NCBI GenBank assembly: GCA_964573235.1
Contig: CAZNIV010000003.1
Coordinates: 1,482-65,481, forward strand
Direction: 5' to 3'
From: an uncultured Gammaproteobacteria bacterium
GTDB taxonomy: Bacteria > Patescibacteriota > Patescibacteriia > 2-01-FULL-39-33
DNA: 64,000 nt
Part shown: piece after piece, positions 1 to 10,239 of the stretch
Position numbering within the stretch: the stretch's first letter is position 1
How the letters are laid out: each line of letters begins with the position of its first letter
The notes under the pieces: generated by a model
Databases searched by the model: none
What the model was told of the DNA's origin: nothing
What the model saw: the letters and a program-made list of their open reading frames with translations, nothing else
Position numbers and translations under genes: made by a program

Positions 1-2
1 AG

Positions 3-1568
3 GTGGAGCGTGTTTTGCGTTCCATTGATTCCGTTTTATTGGTGGTTGATGCTCAAGAAGGTCCAATGCCTCAAACTAAATTTGTTTTGAAAAAGTCTTT
101 AGAGTTGGGCTTAAAGCCGATCGTGGTTATTAATAAAGTGGATAAACCGGCCGCTAATCCAAAGCGTGTTGAAGAAATGGTTTTTGAATTATTTTTTGAT
201 TTAGGTGCGACCGATGAACAATTAGATTTTACTACCGTTTACGCCATTGGCTTAAAAGGAGTAGCTAAATTGAATTTAGAAGATGAGTTTGTTGATTTAT
301 CGCCGTTGTTGGATGTAGTTTTGGCGCAGGTGCCACCCGCTTCTTTAGAGGGAGTGGATCAGTTGCCCTTAAAGTTACAGCCGTTTAACTTGGCTTATGA
401 TAATTACATGGGTCGTTTAGCGATTTGTCGTATTTATGATGGCGTTTTACATCAAGGTGAGGCAGTATATGTTAAAAGATTAGATGGTACTACTGAACAA
501 GGTAAGATTTTAAAGATTTTCACTTTTCATGGCTTAGAGAGAAAAGAAGTTAAAGAGGCCGTAGCTGGTGATATTGTGATGATTGCTGGTTTGCCAAATA
601 TTGATATTGGTCAGACTATTTGTGTTAATCCAGAAACTGAATCTTTGCCAGCCATTAAAATTGACGAACCAACAATTTCCTTAAATTTCTTGGTAAATAA
701 CTCTCCATTTGCTGGTCGTGAAGGTAAATATGTGACTACTCGTCAGATTAAAGAGCGCTTAGAAAAAGAATTAGAAGTTAATGTGGGATTAAAGGTAGAT
801 TTTTCTAGTTCTGAATTTTATAAAGTATTTGGTCGTGGCGAATTGCATATTGCTATTTTACTAGAAAATATGCGTCGCGAAGGTTTTGAAATGCAAGTAT
901 CTCAGCCTCAAGTAGTGATTAGAGAAGAAAATGGTGAAAAATTTGAACCATTTGAAGAATTGACGATTGATGTACCAGATAATATGGCTGGAATGGTTAT
1001 TGAAAAGGTAGCTAAGAGAAAGGGTTTAATGACAGAAATGAAATTAGCAGGTGGTCATACGAGATTAATTTTTGAAATCCCAACTCGCGGCTTATTAGGT
1101 TATCGTGGTGAATTTATCGTAGATACTCGTGGCGCTGGCATTATTTGTGCTCGTGTAGTTGGTTTTAGACAGCATGTAGGTGAAATTGAAAAGCATGAAT
1201 TCGGCTCTATGATTTCTACCGAAACCGGCAAGGCCTTGGCTTATTCTTTGTGGAATTTACAGGAACGAGGATCTTTGTATATACCAGCTAATACCGATGT
1301 ATATGAAGGTATGGTAATCGGTAATGTTTCTAAGGGTAATGAAATGAGTGTTAACCCGATTAAGGGTAAACATTTAACCAATATGCGCTCGGCTGGTGCA
1401 GAGGAGGCGATTCAGCTAATCACACCTCTTACTATGACACTAGAGCGTGGTTTGGAAATAATGAAAAATGATGAGTTTTTAGAAATTACGCCACTTAGTA
1501 TTAGATTGCGCAAACAGATGCTAAAAGAAAGTGAGCGCGTTAGATCAGACAGACAAACAAAAAAATAA
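3..1568 (+). CDS. typA: GTP-binding protein TypA/BipA, 5'-truncated by window edge
   Basis: Translation matches the TypA/BipA translational GTPase family over its whole length (G-domain remnants, beta-barrel and C-terminal domains). The N-terminal ~85 aa, including the P-loop, lie before the window. The track start at GTG is not the real start. Confidence 0.85.
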   Translation: MERVLRSIDSVLLVVDAQEGPMPQTKFVLKKSLELGLKPIVVINKVDKPAANPKRVEEMVFELFFDLGATDEQLDFTTVYAIGLKGVAKLNLEDEFVDLSPLLDVVLAQVPPASLEGVDQLPLKLQPFNLAYDNYMGRLAICRIYDGVLHQGEAVYVKRLDGTTEQGKILKIFTFHGLERKEVKEAVAGDIVMIAGLPNIDIGQTICVNPETESLPAIKIDEPTISLNFLVNNSPFAGREGKYVTTRQIKERLEKELEVNVGLKVDFSSSEFYKVFGRGELHIAILLENMRREGFEMQVSQPQVVIREENGEKFEPFEELTIDVPDNMAGMVIEKVAKRKGLMTEMKLAGGHTRLIFEIPTRGLLGYRGEFIVDTRGAGIICARVVGFRQHVGEIEKHEFGSMISTETGKALAYSLWNLQERGSLYIPANTDVYEGMVIGNVSKGNEMSVNPIKGKHLTNMRSAGAEEAIQLITPLTMTLERGLEIMKNDEFLEITPLSIRLRKQMLKESERVRSDRQTKK

Positions 1569-1580
1569 GGATTAATTATA

Positions 1581-1612
1581 AAGACGAGGTGAAAGCCTCG
1601 TCTTTGCTTTTT
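1581..1612 (+). terminator. Rho-independent terminator after typA
   Basis: Inverted repeat AAGACGAGG/CCTCGTCTT with a 6-nt loop, followed by a T-run. Confidence 0.6.
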
Positions 1613-1658
1613 AGTGTTTTTTTCAGTATGATTATGGTAGTTAAATAAGGTAACTATT

Positions 1659-2180
1659 ATGGATAAAAAAATTAAAAATATTATTTATTGGGCAATCTTT
1701 TTTTTGGCAATCGGTTTTTCTTGTTTTTTGATTTTTCGAGGAGAGGAAGATGGTTGGTTTTGTCAAAACGGTCAATGGGTTAAGCATGGTCAGCCTAGCG
1801 CGGCTATGCCGGTTTATAATTGCCTGACTTATATAGTTCCGGTGCCAAAATTTATTGCTTCAATCTCTCAAAATATTCAGGTGTTATATCCACAACCTGG
1901 TCAGATATTACCCGCATCAGCCCCGTTGGTGATTAAGGGTAAGGCTAGGGTTTTTGAGAATAATTTTAATTATAGCGTTAAAGATGGTAATGGCAAGGAG
2001 TTAGCTGGTGGCTATGGTACTACCAATGCCAAAGATATTGGTTTGTTTGGTTATTTTGAATTAAAAATAGAAGATATTCAACCGATGACGGCTACGGGTT
2101 CGGTTGAGGTTTTTGATTATTCCATGAAAGATGGTTCGGTTCAGGATTTAGTAGTTATTCCCATTAAATTTTCTAAATAA
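1659..2180 (+). CDS. membrane-anchored protein with Gmad2-type Ig-like domain
   Basis: ATG preceded by AAGG. N-terminal TM helix, then a beta-rich domain resembling the Gmad2 immunoglobulin-like fold. Its TAA stop abuts the next ATG. Confidence 0.5.
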   Translation: MDKKIKNIIYWAIFFLAIGFSCFLIFRGEEDGWFCQNGQWVKHGQPSAAMPVYNCLTYIVPVPKFIASISQNIQVLYPQPGQILPASAPLVIKGKARVFENNFNYSVKDGNGKELAGGYGTTNAKDIGLFGYFELKIEDIQPMTATGSVEVFDYSMKDGSVQDLVVIPIKFSK

Positions 2181-4277
2181 ATGAAAAAATATATTCTCGC
2201 TAGTCATAGTAATGATTCAAGATTAGATATTGATTTTAGGGCGGCTCTTAATGAAGAGCAGCATAGTATTGTTACTACTTCTGACGGTCCCTGCTTAGTT
2301 TTGGCCGGCGCTGGTAGTGGTAAAACTAGGGTACTGGTTTATCGTTTGTTATATTTGTTATCCCAAGGGGTTAATCCACATAATATTTTATTAGTTACTT
2401 TTACTAATAAGGCGGCGAAAGAGATGATGTCGCGCGTAGAATCCTTGTGTAAGGTCAAACCAGAAGGTTTGTGGGGTGGAACTTTTCATAGCGTGGGCAA
2501 TCGTATTTTGCGTCAGTATGGTGAGGCGATTGGTTTAAAATCTAATTTTATTATTCTTGATTCCGATGATAGTTCCCAATTAGTAAAATCTTGTTATACC
2601 GAAGCAGATGTCCCTAAAGATAAATATTTTCCTAAGGCGGATTTAGTGCACAAGATAATTAGTCTGGCGGTAAATTTAAATTTATCGATCGAAGATGTAA
2701 TCGTAGAAAGATTTCCGCAGATTGATCAGGGATATATCCAAGTTATTTCTAATATTGGCGCGCGTTATCAGCAAAAAAAACAATTGGCTAATGCTGTTGA
2801 TTATGATGATTTGTTGTCTAAATGGTTGGAGTTATTGATGAAGCACCCAAATGTTTGTCAGAAATTATCAGAAAAATTTGAGTATCTTTTAGTGGATGAG
2901 TATCAGGATACTAATTATTTGCAAGGCGCGATTATTAGTTATTTATCAGGTCGGCGTAAAAATGTTTTAGTAGTAGGTGATGATTCTCAGAGTATTTATT
3001 CTTTTCGTGGCGCGGATGTGAACAATATTTTTAATTTTCCTAAAGATTTTTTGGGTTGTAAAATATTTCGTCTAGAAACTAATTATCGTTCGGTGCCAGA
3101 AATTTTGAGCTTGGCTAATCATTCTATTTCGCACAATGAACATAAGTTTAAAAAAACTTTGCGTACACACAAACCTTCTGGTGATAAGCCAGCGTTGGTA
3201 GCATTGCAAGATAATTATCAGCAAGCCGATTTTATTTGTCAGCGGATTTTAGAATTACAAAAAGAAGATGGTTGGGAGTTAAAGAACATGGCAGTGCTTT
3301 TTAGATCACATTATCATTCGATGGAATTGGAAATGGAATTGAATAAGCGAAATATTTCTTATGTGATGCGTGGCGGTTTGCGGTTTTTTGAACAAGCCCA
3401 TGTTAAGGATGTGGTGTCATTTATTAGGGTTTTAGTTAATCATCGAGATGAATTGTCTTGGCTTAGACTGTTAATGATGCAATCAGGTATTGGTGAAGCA
3501 AATGCCAAAAAGTTGTTTGTTAAGATTAGTCAGTTTGAAAGCTTAAAAGAAGTGCTGGCGCATGATTGGGATTTAGAATTGAGTGGTAAGATTTTAGTGG
3601 GTTATTTATCGCTGAACAAAATACTTGTTCGATTATTTAGTGGCTTAATTGATGAGGTGGGTGAGGTAATTAAAAAAATTCTTGAATCAAACTATATAGA
3701 TTATTTAAAGAGTAATTTTGATAATTATCAGGAGCGGTTGGAGGATTTGGAGCAGATGGTGATTTTCGCCAATAGTTACAAGGCAGTTGATAAATTTTTG
3801 GCGGATGTGGCACTTTCTGAAGGTTTTAAAAAAGAATCTGGGGCCAATAAGATGCCGATTGATGCTATCGTTTTATCCACCATTCATCAGGCTAAGGGGC
3901 TAGAGTGGAAAGCGGTTTTTGTAATGAATTTGGCCGATGGGCAGTTTCCGAGCGTTCGGGTTTTTGATAAACCAAGAGAAATAGAAGAGGAGCGCCGATT
4001 ATTTTATGTGGCCGTAACCAGGGCGGAAGATCAATTATATTTAACCTACCCTCTAATTAGTGCCAGAACAGATAATGTAAACAGTATCTCTCAATTTATT
4101 AAAGAATTGCCAAAAGATGTTTATGAGCAGTGGACGGTTAGTCGTCATGGCGCGGCTTATGCCCCGCATAATTGTTTTAGTGATAGTGATGAAGAAGTAA
4201 TTGTTCGCGATGAGGATGGTGAAGATTTAGCAACTGATTTTTGGACAGCAGTGATGAATAAGCGTAAACAAAAGTAA
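2181..4277 (+). CDS. UvrD/PcrA/Rep-family ATP-dependent DNA helicase
   Basis: Walker A GAGSGKT, DEYQDTN (motif II) and the other SF1 helicase motifs. 698 aa. Confidence 0.85.
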   Translation: MKKYILASHSNDSRLDIDFRAALNEEQHSIVTTSDGPCLVLAGAGSGKTRVLVYRLLYLLSQGVNPHNILLVTFTNKAAKEMMSRVESLCKVKPEGLWGGTFHSVGNRILRQYGEAIGLKSNFIILDSDDSSQLVKSCYTEADVPKDKYFPKADLVHKIISLAVNLNLSIEDVIVERFPQIDQGYIQVISNIGARYQQKKQLANAVDYDDLLSKWLELLMKHPNVCQKLSEKFEYLLVDEYQDTNYLQGAIISYLSGRRKNVLVVGDDSQSIYSFRGADVNNIFNFPKDFLGCKIFRLETNYRSVPEILSLANHSISHNEHKFKKTLRTHKPSGDKPALVALQDNYQQADFICQRILELQKEDGWELKNMAVLFRSHYHSMELEMELNKRNISYVMRGGLRFFEQAHVKDVVSFIRVLVNHRDELSWLRLLMMQSGIGEANAKKLFVKISQFESLKEVLAHDWDLELSGKILVGYLSLNKILVRLFSGLIDEVGEVIKKILESNYIDYLKSNFDNYQERLEDLEQMVIFANSYKAVDKFLADVALSEGFKKESGANKMPIDAIVLSTIHQAKGLEWKAVFVMNLADGQFPSVRVFDKPREIEEERRLFYVAVTRAEDQLYLTYPLISARTDNVNSISQFIKELPKDVYEQWTVSRHGAAYAPHNCFSDSDEEVIVRDEDGEDLATDFWTAVMNKRKQK

Positions 4278-4918
4278 TGAATATTTTTCCGGTATATAAA
4301 CCTAAAGGGCCCACTTCTTTCGGTATGATTAGTCGGGTTAGGCGGGCAACGGGTGTTAAAAAAGTTGGTCATGCAGGAACGCTTGATCCGTTGGCAAGTG
4401 GGGTTTTAATTATCGCGGTTGGTCGAGAGGCGACGAGAGAGATTCATAATTTTGTAAGTAAAGAAAAAGAATACGAAGTTTCTATTAGACTAGGCATGAA
4501 TAGTACTACTGATGACGCCGAGGGAGAGAAAGAAATTATCGAGGTTAAGGCGCCCCCAAAAATTAAGGAGGTCAAATTTTTTTTACCGGATTTTATTGGT
4601 AAGATTAATCAGACGCCACCAATATATAGTTCAATTAAAATTCATGGGCAAAATGCGCATCGCTTAGCTAGAAAAGGTCAAATAGTAGAAATGAAGCCCC
4701 GAGAGGTGGAAATTAAAAAAATTGAAATTTTGAGTTATCATTGGCCGTATTTGCGGTTACGCGTTACTACTGGTCCCGGTGTTTATATTCGCTCGTTGGC
4801 TCGAGATTTAGGTAAAAAATTAGGCACAGGTGGCTATGTGGCTAATCTTATTCGTACGCGAATAGGTGATTATAGGCTAGTTGATTGTCTTCAAGCGGAA
4901 GCGGTTAAAATTAAGTAG
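4277..4918 (+). CDS. truB: tRNA pseudouridine(55) synthase TruB
   Basis: GHAGTLDPLASGVL catalytic-Asp motif. TAATG overlap with the upstream gene. Confidence 0.85.
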   Translation: MNIFPVYKPKGPTSFGMISRVRRATGVKKVGHAGTLDPLASGVLIIAVGREATREIHNFVSKEKEYEVSIRLGMNSTTDDAEGEKEIIEVKAPPKIKEVKFFLPDFIGKINQTPPIYSSIKIHGQNAHRLARKGQIVEMKPREVEIKKIEILSYHWPYLRLRVTTGPGVYIRSLARDLGKKLGTGGYVANLIRTRIGDYRLVDCLQAEAVKIK

Positions 4919-4954
4919 TTTATTTATTAGGGGCTTTGTTGTAAAATAAAGAAT

Positions 4955-5704
4955 ATGATGAATATTTGGTTGTGGACAATTGGTAGTGTTGTGGTTATCA
5001 GTTTATTGTCGGTTATTGGGGCGGTTGGTTTATTATTAAAAGAGAAGGCGCTTAATCGCGCTTTGATTTATTTTGTTTCCTTTTCGGCTGGTAGCTTATT
5101 GGGAGGGGCATTTTTTCATTTACTTCCTGAGAGTTTTGACTTAAGTAACGACGCGATGATGATTTTTGGTTTTTTGGTTATTGGTTTTTGTGCTTTTTTT
5201 GTGTTAGAAAAAGTATTGCGCTGGCGTCATTGTCATGATCATGGTTGTCATGAGCATGCGCACATTGGTTGGATGAATTTAATTGGCGGTTCCGTTCATA
5301 ATATGCTTGATGGCATGGTGATAGCCGCTGCCTTTATGGTTGGTCCATTTCTGGGCGTTCCAGTGGTTATTTCTATTATTTCACATGAGATTCCCCATGA
5401 ACTTGGTGATTTTGGAGTGTTGTTATATTCTGGTTTTAGTAAATCAAAAGCATTATTGTATAATTTTATTTCCGCTCTATTTTGCTTGCTTGGTGCCGTG
5501 CTGGTGTTATCTTTTGCTAATAGTGATAAGTATTTAGAAATTATTTTATTGCCAATTGCAGCCGGAGGATTTATTTATATTGCCGCTTCTGATTTAATTC
5601 CAGAATTGCATAAAGAAACTTCTAAAACCCACGGTAATTTTTCTTTCGCTTTATTTTTAGTAGCCTTGGTGATGATGTATTTTTTAAAAATATTATTTGA
5701 ATAA
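4955..5704 (+). CDS. zupT: ZIP-family divalent metal (zinc) transporter
   Basis: Polytopic membrane protein with a His-rich loop (HCHDHGCHEHAH) and the HEIPHELGDF ZIP signature. Confidence 0.8.
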   Translation: MMNIWLWTIGSVVVISLLSVIGAVGLLLKEKALNRALIYFVSFSAGSLLGGAFFHLLPESFDLSNDAMMIFGFLVIGFCAFFVLEKVLRWRHCHDHGCHEHAHIGWMNLIGGSVHNMLDGMVIAAAFMVGPFLGVPVVISIISHEIPHELGDFGVLLYSGFSKSKALLYNFISALFCLLGAVLVLSFANSDKYLEIILLPIAAGGFIYIAASDLIPELHKETSKTHGNFSFALFLVALVMMYFLKILFE

Positions 5705-5719
5705 TAAATTAAATAAATT

Positions 5720-6598
5720 ATGCAAAATTGGTTTAAACAATTGTTTCACAAGCGCAAAGAAGAGAATGGCAATAAGGCTATGGCCAAAGGCATGCTCTAT
5801 GGCGGAGTGGTTCTTTTATTAGTTGTTTTGGTAGTACTATTGATTGTTTTTCGCAGTCAGATGAAAGTCGATTTTTTGGTTAAAGATGATGGGTCATTGC
5901 CGTTGCGTTACACAATTATAACCCAAAAAGATTGCGCTCAGTGTTACGATATTGATCTAGTACTCACTGCCTTAAAACAATATAATATCAAAGAGGTTAG
6001 TCGAGAAACTTTATACCTAGGAGATAAAAAAACAGATGAATTGGTAAAAAAGTATAGTATCACTAAAGTGCCAACTGTGATTGTTTCTGGTAACCTTGAT
6101 CGTAGTAAAGACTTAAAGTCTAGTAACCCTGGTGTAACCTATGCCTTGGGTGAAATATGGAATAATTTAGGTGAAATTGTAGATGGAGTATTTATATTGC
6201 GTCAAGTGGCGCCACCGTATGTTGAGGTGAGCACTGATCAGATTCGTGGTTTGGCTAAGGCGTTTTATATTACGGACGTTTCGTGTAAGGAATGTTATGA
6301 TGTTATGTTGCATGAAAAAGCGCTTCTTAGTCTAGGGACAGACATTAAAGATAAAACCGTTATTGATATTAATAGTGATGCTGGTAAGGCATTGATTAAG
6401 CAATATGATATTAAAACAGTTCCAACCATTGTTTTGCAAGGTGATTTGACGCCATATACATTATTGAATCAGTTTTGGGGTCGTTACGGTCAAATTACTG
6501 CGGATAAAACTTATATTTTTACTAAATTAGATGAGGTGGGTACCTATCGCGATTTAACTACTAATAAAATTATTAAGGTGGATTTACCGGTTTACTAA
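5720..6598 (+). CDS. membrane-anchored protein with two tandem thioredoxin-fold CxxC modules
   Basis: N-terminal TM helix, then an internal duplication: C-A-Q-C-Y-D ... KVPTVIV and C-K-E-C-Y-D ... TVPTIVL. Each copy has CxxC plus a cis-Pro-like VPT motif. Confidence 0.45.
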   Translation: MQNWFKQLFHKRKEENGNKAMAKGMLYGGVVLLLVVLVVLLIVFRSQMKVDFLVKDDGSLPLRYTIITQKDCAQCYDIDLVLTALKQYNIKEVSRETLYLGDKKTDELVKKYSITKVPTVIVSGNLDRSKDLKSSNPGVTYALGEIWNNLGEIVDGVFILRQVAPPYVEVSTDQIRGLAKAFYITDVSCKECYDVMLHEKALLSLGTDIKDKTVIDINSDAGKALIKQYDIKTVPTIVLQGDLTPYTLLNQFWGRYGQITADKTYIFTKLDEVGTYRDLTTNKIIKVDLPVY

Positions 6599-6613
6599 GC
6601 AATAATCTCTTTA

Positions 6614-6640
6614 AAAGCCCGCTTTCGGCGGGTTTTTAGT
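6614..6640 (+). terminator. Rho-independent terminator
   Basis: AAAGCCCGC-tttcg-GCGGGTTT hairpin followed by a T-run. Confidence 0.5.
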
Positions 6641-6653
6641 TTTGGGTGTTTTC

Positions 6654-6682
6654 TTGATTTTAGTGCCCTTTTCTGGTATAGT
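6654..6682 (+). promoter_or_regulatory. putative sigma70-type promoter for rsmI
   Basis: TTGATT, 17-nt spacer, TATAGT. Lies 13 nt upstream of the rsmI ATG. Confidence 0.4.
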
Positions 6683-6694
6683 TAAAATAAATAT

Positions 6695-7402
6695 ATGAGT
6701 CAATTATTCATTGTGGCTACGCCAATTGGCAATTTAGCCGATATCACTTTTCGCGCCGTAGAAACACTTAAAAGTGTCGATATTATTGCCTGCGAGGATA
6801 CTCGTAATTCTAGGGTTTTGTTGGATCATTATCAAATTAAAAAACCGCTTATTTCTTATCATCAGCACAGTGGTGAAACTAAGGTTGATGAGATTATTGC
6901 CTTATTAAAGGTGGGTAAAAATTTAGCAGTAATTACTGATGCCGGTACTCCCGGTATTTCCGATCCTGGTAATAAATTAGTGGCGGAAGTAATTAATCAG
7001 CTTGGCGATGATTGTCAGATTATTGCTATTCCTGGCGCTTCGGCAGTTGTAACCGCTTTGGCGGTTTGTGGTTTACCTACGGATAAATTTTTATTTCTGG
7101 GTTTTATGCCACATAAAAAAGGTAAAGAAACCATGATGCGACTGATGGCAGAAGGTAAGATTACCTCGGTTTTTTATGAATCGACACATCGGATTTTAAA
7201 AACTTTAAATAAAATGGTGGAAATTATTGGTGAGAGTAGAAAAATTGTAGTTTGTCGTGAATTAACAAAAAAATTTGAAACAATTTATCGTGGTAGTCTT
7301 AAAGAGGTGGCAGAAAAATTAAATAATAATATTGTCAAAGGAGAGTTTGTAGTGATCGTCTCCGGCAATTATGAAGATAAAAATAAAGAAATCTATGAGT
7401 AA
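6695..7402 (+). CDS. rsmI: 16S rRNA (cytidine1402-2'-O)-methyltransferase RsmI
   Basis: N-terminus LFIVATPIGNLADITFRAVETL...ACEDTR is typical of RsmI tetrapyrrole-methylase-fold enzymes. Confidence 0.85.
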   Translation: MSQLFIVATPIGNLADITFRAVETLKSVDIIACEDTRNSRVLLDHYQIKKPLISYHQHSGETKVDEIIALLKVGKNLAVITDAGTPGISDPGNKLVAEVINQLGDDCQIIAIPGASAVVTALAVCGLPTDKFLFLGFMPHKKGKETMMRLMAEGKITSVFYESTHRILKTLNKMVEIIGESRKIVVCRELTKKFETIYRGSLKEVAEKLNNNIVKGEFVVIVSGNYEDKNKEIYE

Positions 7403-8900
7403 ATTTTATATCACAACGCCAATTTATTATGTTAATGGCAGTCCACATATCGGGCATGCTTATACTACAATTATCGCGGATGTTTTAGCGCGTTATCATC
7501 GCTTGCTGGGTGATAAAGTTTTCTTTTTAACTGGTACCGATGAGCATGGCTCTAAAGTAGCTAAATCAGCCGAGATGGCAGGTAAAACTCCGTTAGAATT
7601 TTGTGATGAATATTCGGCTAAATTTCAATTGGCTTGGGAGGAATTAAATATTTCTCATAATCGCTTTATTCGTACTACCGAAGCAGATCATAAAAATGGC
7701 GTAGCGGTATTTTTGAACAAACTTAAAGCGAGTGGCGCGATCTATCAAGGAGAATATCAGGGTTTATATTGCAGTGGTTGTGAAAGATTTTTGACAGAAA
7801 AAGATTTGATTGACGGCAAGTGTCCTGATCATTTAAAAGAGCCGGAGGTGGTAAAAGAAAAAAATTATTTTTTTAATTTAAAAAAGTTTTTACCAGAAAT
7901 TGAACGTTTAATTGATACAAGAGAAATAAAAATCGTTCCAGAATCTTATCGTCGCGAAGTGTTAGGTTTTTTTAAGCAGAATTTAGATGATTTTTCTATT
8001 TCTCGGGAAAGTGTAAAGTGGGGTATAGAATTGCCTTTTGATAAAACGCAAGTGACCTATGTTTGGATTGAGGCGTTGCAAAATTATTTAACCGGCATTG
8101 GCTATGGTTATAATGATAAGCAATTTCAGGAATTTTGGCCGGCCGATGTACACTTAATGTCTAAGGATATTATTAAATTTCATACTATTTTTTGGCCCGC
8201 TCTTTTATTAGCGGTAGGAGAAAAGGTGCCTAAGCATATTTTTGTGCATGGATTTTTCACTATCGATGGACAAAAAATGGGCAAGTCGTTGGGTAATGTG
8301 ATTGACCCCGTGGCCTTGGCCGAACAATTCGGTTCCGATGTGGTGCGTTATTTATTGTTGTCACAGTTTCCTTTAGGTAGTGATGGAGATATTAAAGCAG
8401 CTAACTTTGCGTTGCAATATAATTCCGATTTAGCTAATGGTTTGGGTAATCTAGTTAGTCGTGTCGTGGCTATGAATGAAAAATATTTTGCTGGCGTGGT
8501 GCCGGTAGCTTCTAAGAAAGAATTAGTAACGGAGGTAAAAAATGTATGGCAGGAATATGAAACGGCCATGCAAGAGTTTGCGGTAGACAAGGCATTGGCG
8601 CAAATTCGCCATTTGAATAAAGTGTGTGATGAATTTGTTGATCAGCATAAGCCATGGGAATTGGCTAAGCAGGGGGATACCGAAGCGTTAAAGGAGGCGA
8701 TTTATGGCTTATTAGAAGGTATTAGAAATTTAGCGGTGATGTTATATCCATTTATGCCTGAAACGAGCGCTAGAATCTTAGAACAGTTTGGTTTTGCCGA
8801 TTTTACTAGTCGCAGTTTTAGTGAATTAAAAACTTGGGGCTTATTGTCGGCCGGTACGATTATTGTTAAGGCTGACGGTTTATTTCCCAGAATTAAATAA
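7395..8900 (+). CDS. metG: methionyl-tRNA synthetase (short form without C-terminal tRNA-binding domain)
   Basis: HIGH motif (PHIGHAYT), KMSKS motif (KMGKSLGN) and a Cys-rich Zn knuckle. I chose the ATG at 7395 (MSKFYITTPIYY) over the upstream in-frame ATG at 7371. Confidence 0.9.
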   Translation: MSKFYITTPIYYVNGSPHIGHAYTTIIADVLARYHRLLGDKVFFLTGTDEHGSKVAKSAEMAGKTPLEFCDEYSAKFQLAWEELNISHNRFIRTTEADHKNGVAVFLNKLKASGAIYQGEYQGLYCSGCERFLTEKDLIDGKCPDHLKEPEVVKEKNYFFNLKKFLPEIERLIDTREIKIVPESYRREVLGFFKQNLDDFSISRESVKWGIELPFDKTQVTYVWIEALQNYLTGIGYGYNDKQFQEFWPADVHLMSKDIIKFHTIFWPALLLAVGEKVPKHIFVHGFFTIDGQKMGKSLGNVIDPVALAEQFGSDVVRYLLLSQFPLGSDGDIKAANFALQYNSDLANGLGNLVSRVVAMNEKYFAGVVPVASKKELVTEVKNVWQEYETAMQEFAVDKALAQIRHLNKVCDEFVDQHKPWELAKQGDTEALKEAIYGLLEGIRNLAVMLYPFMPETSARILEQFGFADFTSRSFSELKTWGLLSAGTIIVKADGLFPRIK

Positions 8901-8906
8901 TATAAA

Positions 8907-9419
8907 ATGCTTTTTAATTTAACGGATGTCATTTTGCTAGTATTGATCGCTTCTTTTGGCGTAATTGGCTTTGCGTTCGGATTAATTAGGGTTATTGGTG
9001 CCTTAGTGGGCTTGGTGCTCGGTTCTTGGGTTGCTAGTGTATATTATTTATCTTTTGCCGTCTGGATCAATGAACATCTTTGGAATTTTTCTTCGGCGAC
9101 TAAGATTATTGCTTTTATTTTATTATTTGGCATTGCTAATCGCGTTATTACTTTTGGTTTTTATATTATTGGAAAGTTTTTTAATCTACTTTCGATTATT
9201 CCTTTTTTGGGCATGATTAATCGTATTACGGGTGCTATTTTAGGATTATTAGAGGGTATTTTGGTTTTGGGTTTAGTGGTTTATGTTTCTTTTAAATTTT
9301 CACAAGATATTACTTGGATTTTTTCGCAAATTAATGATTCAAAAATAGCAATGTGGTTAGTTTGGTTAACGGATAGGGTGGCCGCAACTTTCCCATTATT
9401 GTATAGTAAAATAAATTAG
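8907..9419 (+). CDS. CvpA-family membrane protein
   Basis: 170-aa four-TM protein with a CvpA-like hydrophobicity pattern. Confidence 0.55.
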   Translation: MLFNLTDVILLVLIASFGVIGFAFGLIRVIGALVGLVLGSWVASVYYLSFAVWINEHLWNFSSATKIIAFILLFGIANRVITFGFYIIGKFFNLLSIIPFLGMINRITGAILGLLEGILVLGLVVYVSFKFSQDITWIFSQINDSKIAMWLVWLTDRVAATFPLLYSKIN

Positions 9420-9420
9420 T

Positions 9421-10239
9421 ATGACATCACCTTTAATTGATACTCATGCCCACTTGAATCTGGCTGATTTTGATATTGATCGTGAGCGGATTATTACTCA
9501 AGCGCAAAGGGCTGATATGAAGATCGTAAATATTGGAGCTGATTTAGAATCATCTCGTGGAGCTTTAGTATTAGCAGAAAAGCATCAGGGCCTTTATGCT
9601 ACTATTGGTATTCACCCAGAAGTGGTGGGTGATTATCTGGGTCAAGAAGATAAGCTGGGCGCAGATTTATCAGGGTTGGCTAAATTAACGGGTATTAATC
9701 TAGTGGCTATTGGTGAAATTGGTTTAGATTATTTTAGAGCTAAAGATCAGAAGGTAGAAGTTAAAGAACTGCAGAAAAAAATATTATTGTATCAATTAGA
9801 CTTGGCTCTAGAAAAAAATTTGCCCGTAGTATTACATTGTCGAGCGAGTAATGGTAGTAATGAAGCTTATTCGGATTTATTAAATATTTTAGCCTTGCCA
9901 AAATACAATAGTCTCATTGGGGTGGTTCATTGTTTCGGTTCTACCATCGAAATGGCGAATAAGTTTATTGCCCTTGGTTTTTTAATTGGCGTAACCGGTA
10001 TCGTGACTTTTAAAAATAAATCTAAAGAATTACAGGAGTTAGTTAGACAAATACCTTTGGATAAATTATTAATGGAAACGGATTGTCCATATTTAGCACC
10101 GGAGCCTTATCGTGGTGGTCGCAATGAGCCACAATATGTTTTGGCTGTCGGTCAAAAAATTGCCGAAGTTAAACAGCTTTCGCTAGAGAGTGTAATAACG
10201 CAACTTAATTGCAATGCTCAAAAATTATTTGCCATTTAA
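9421..10239 (+). CDS. TatD-family metal-dependent hydrolase
   Basis: N-terminal IDTHAHL motif, conserved His/Glu/Asp ligands, ~270 aa. Confidence 0.85.
   Translation: MTSPLIDTHAHLNLADFDIDRERIITQAQRADMKIVNIGADLESSRGALVLAEKHQGLYATIGIHPEVVGDYLGQEDKLGADLSGLAKLTGINLVAIGEIGLDYFRAKDQKVEVKELQKKILLYQLDLALEKNLPVVLHCRASNGSNEAYSDLLNILALPKYNSLIGVVHCFGSTIEMANKFIALGFLIGVTGIVTFKNKSKELQELVRQIPLDKLLMETDCPYLAPEPYRGGRNEPQYVLAVGQKIAEVKQLSLESVITQLNCNAQKLFAI

Noticed and set aside
7371-7394. Upstream in-frame ATG for metG (MKIKIKKS...), and likewise 19293 for rmlA and 17964 for the NFU gene
   Set aside because: These extensions overlap the preceding genes. The downstream ATGs align with conserved family N-termini.
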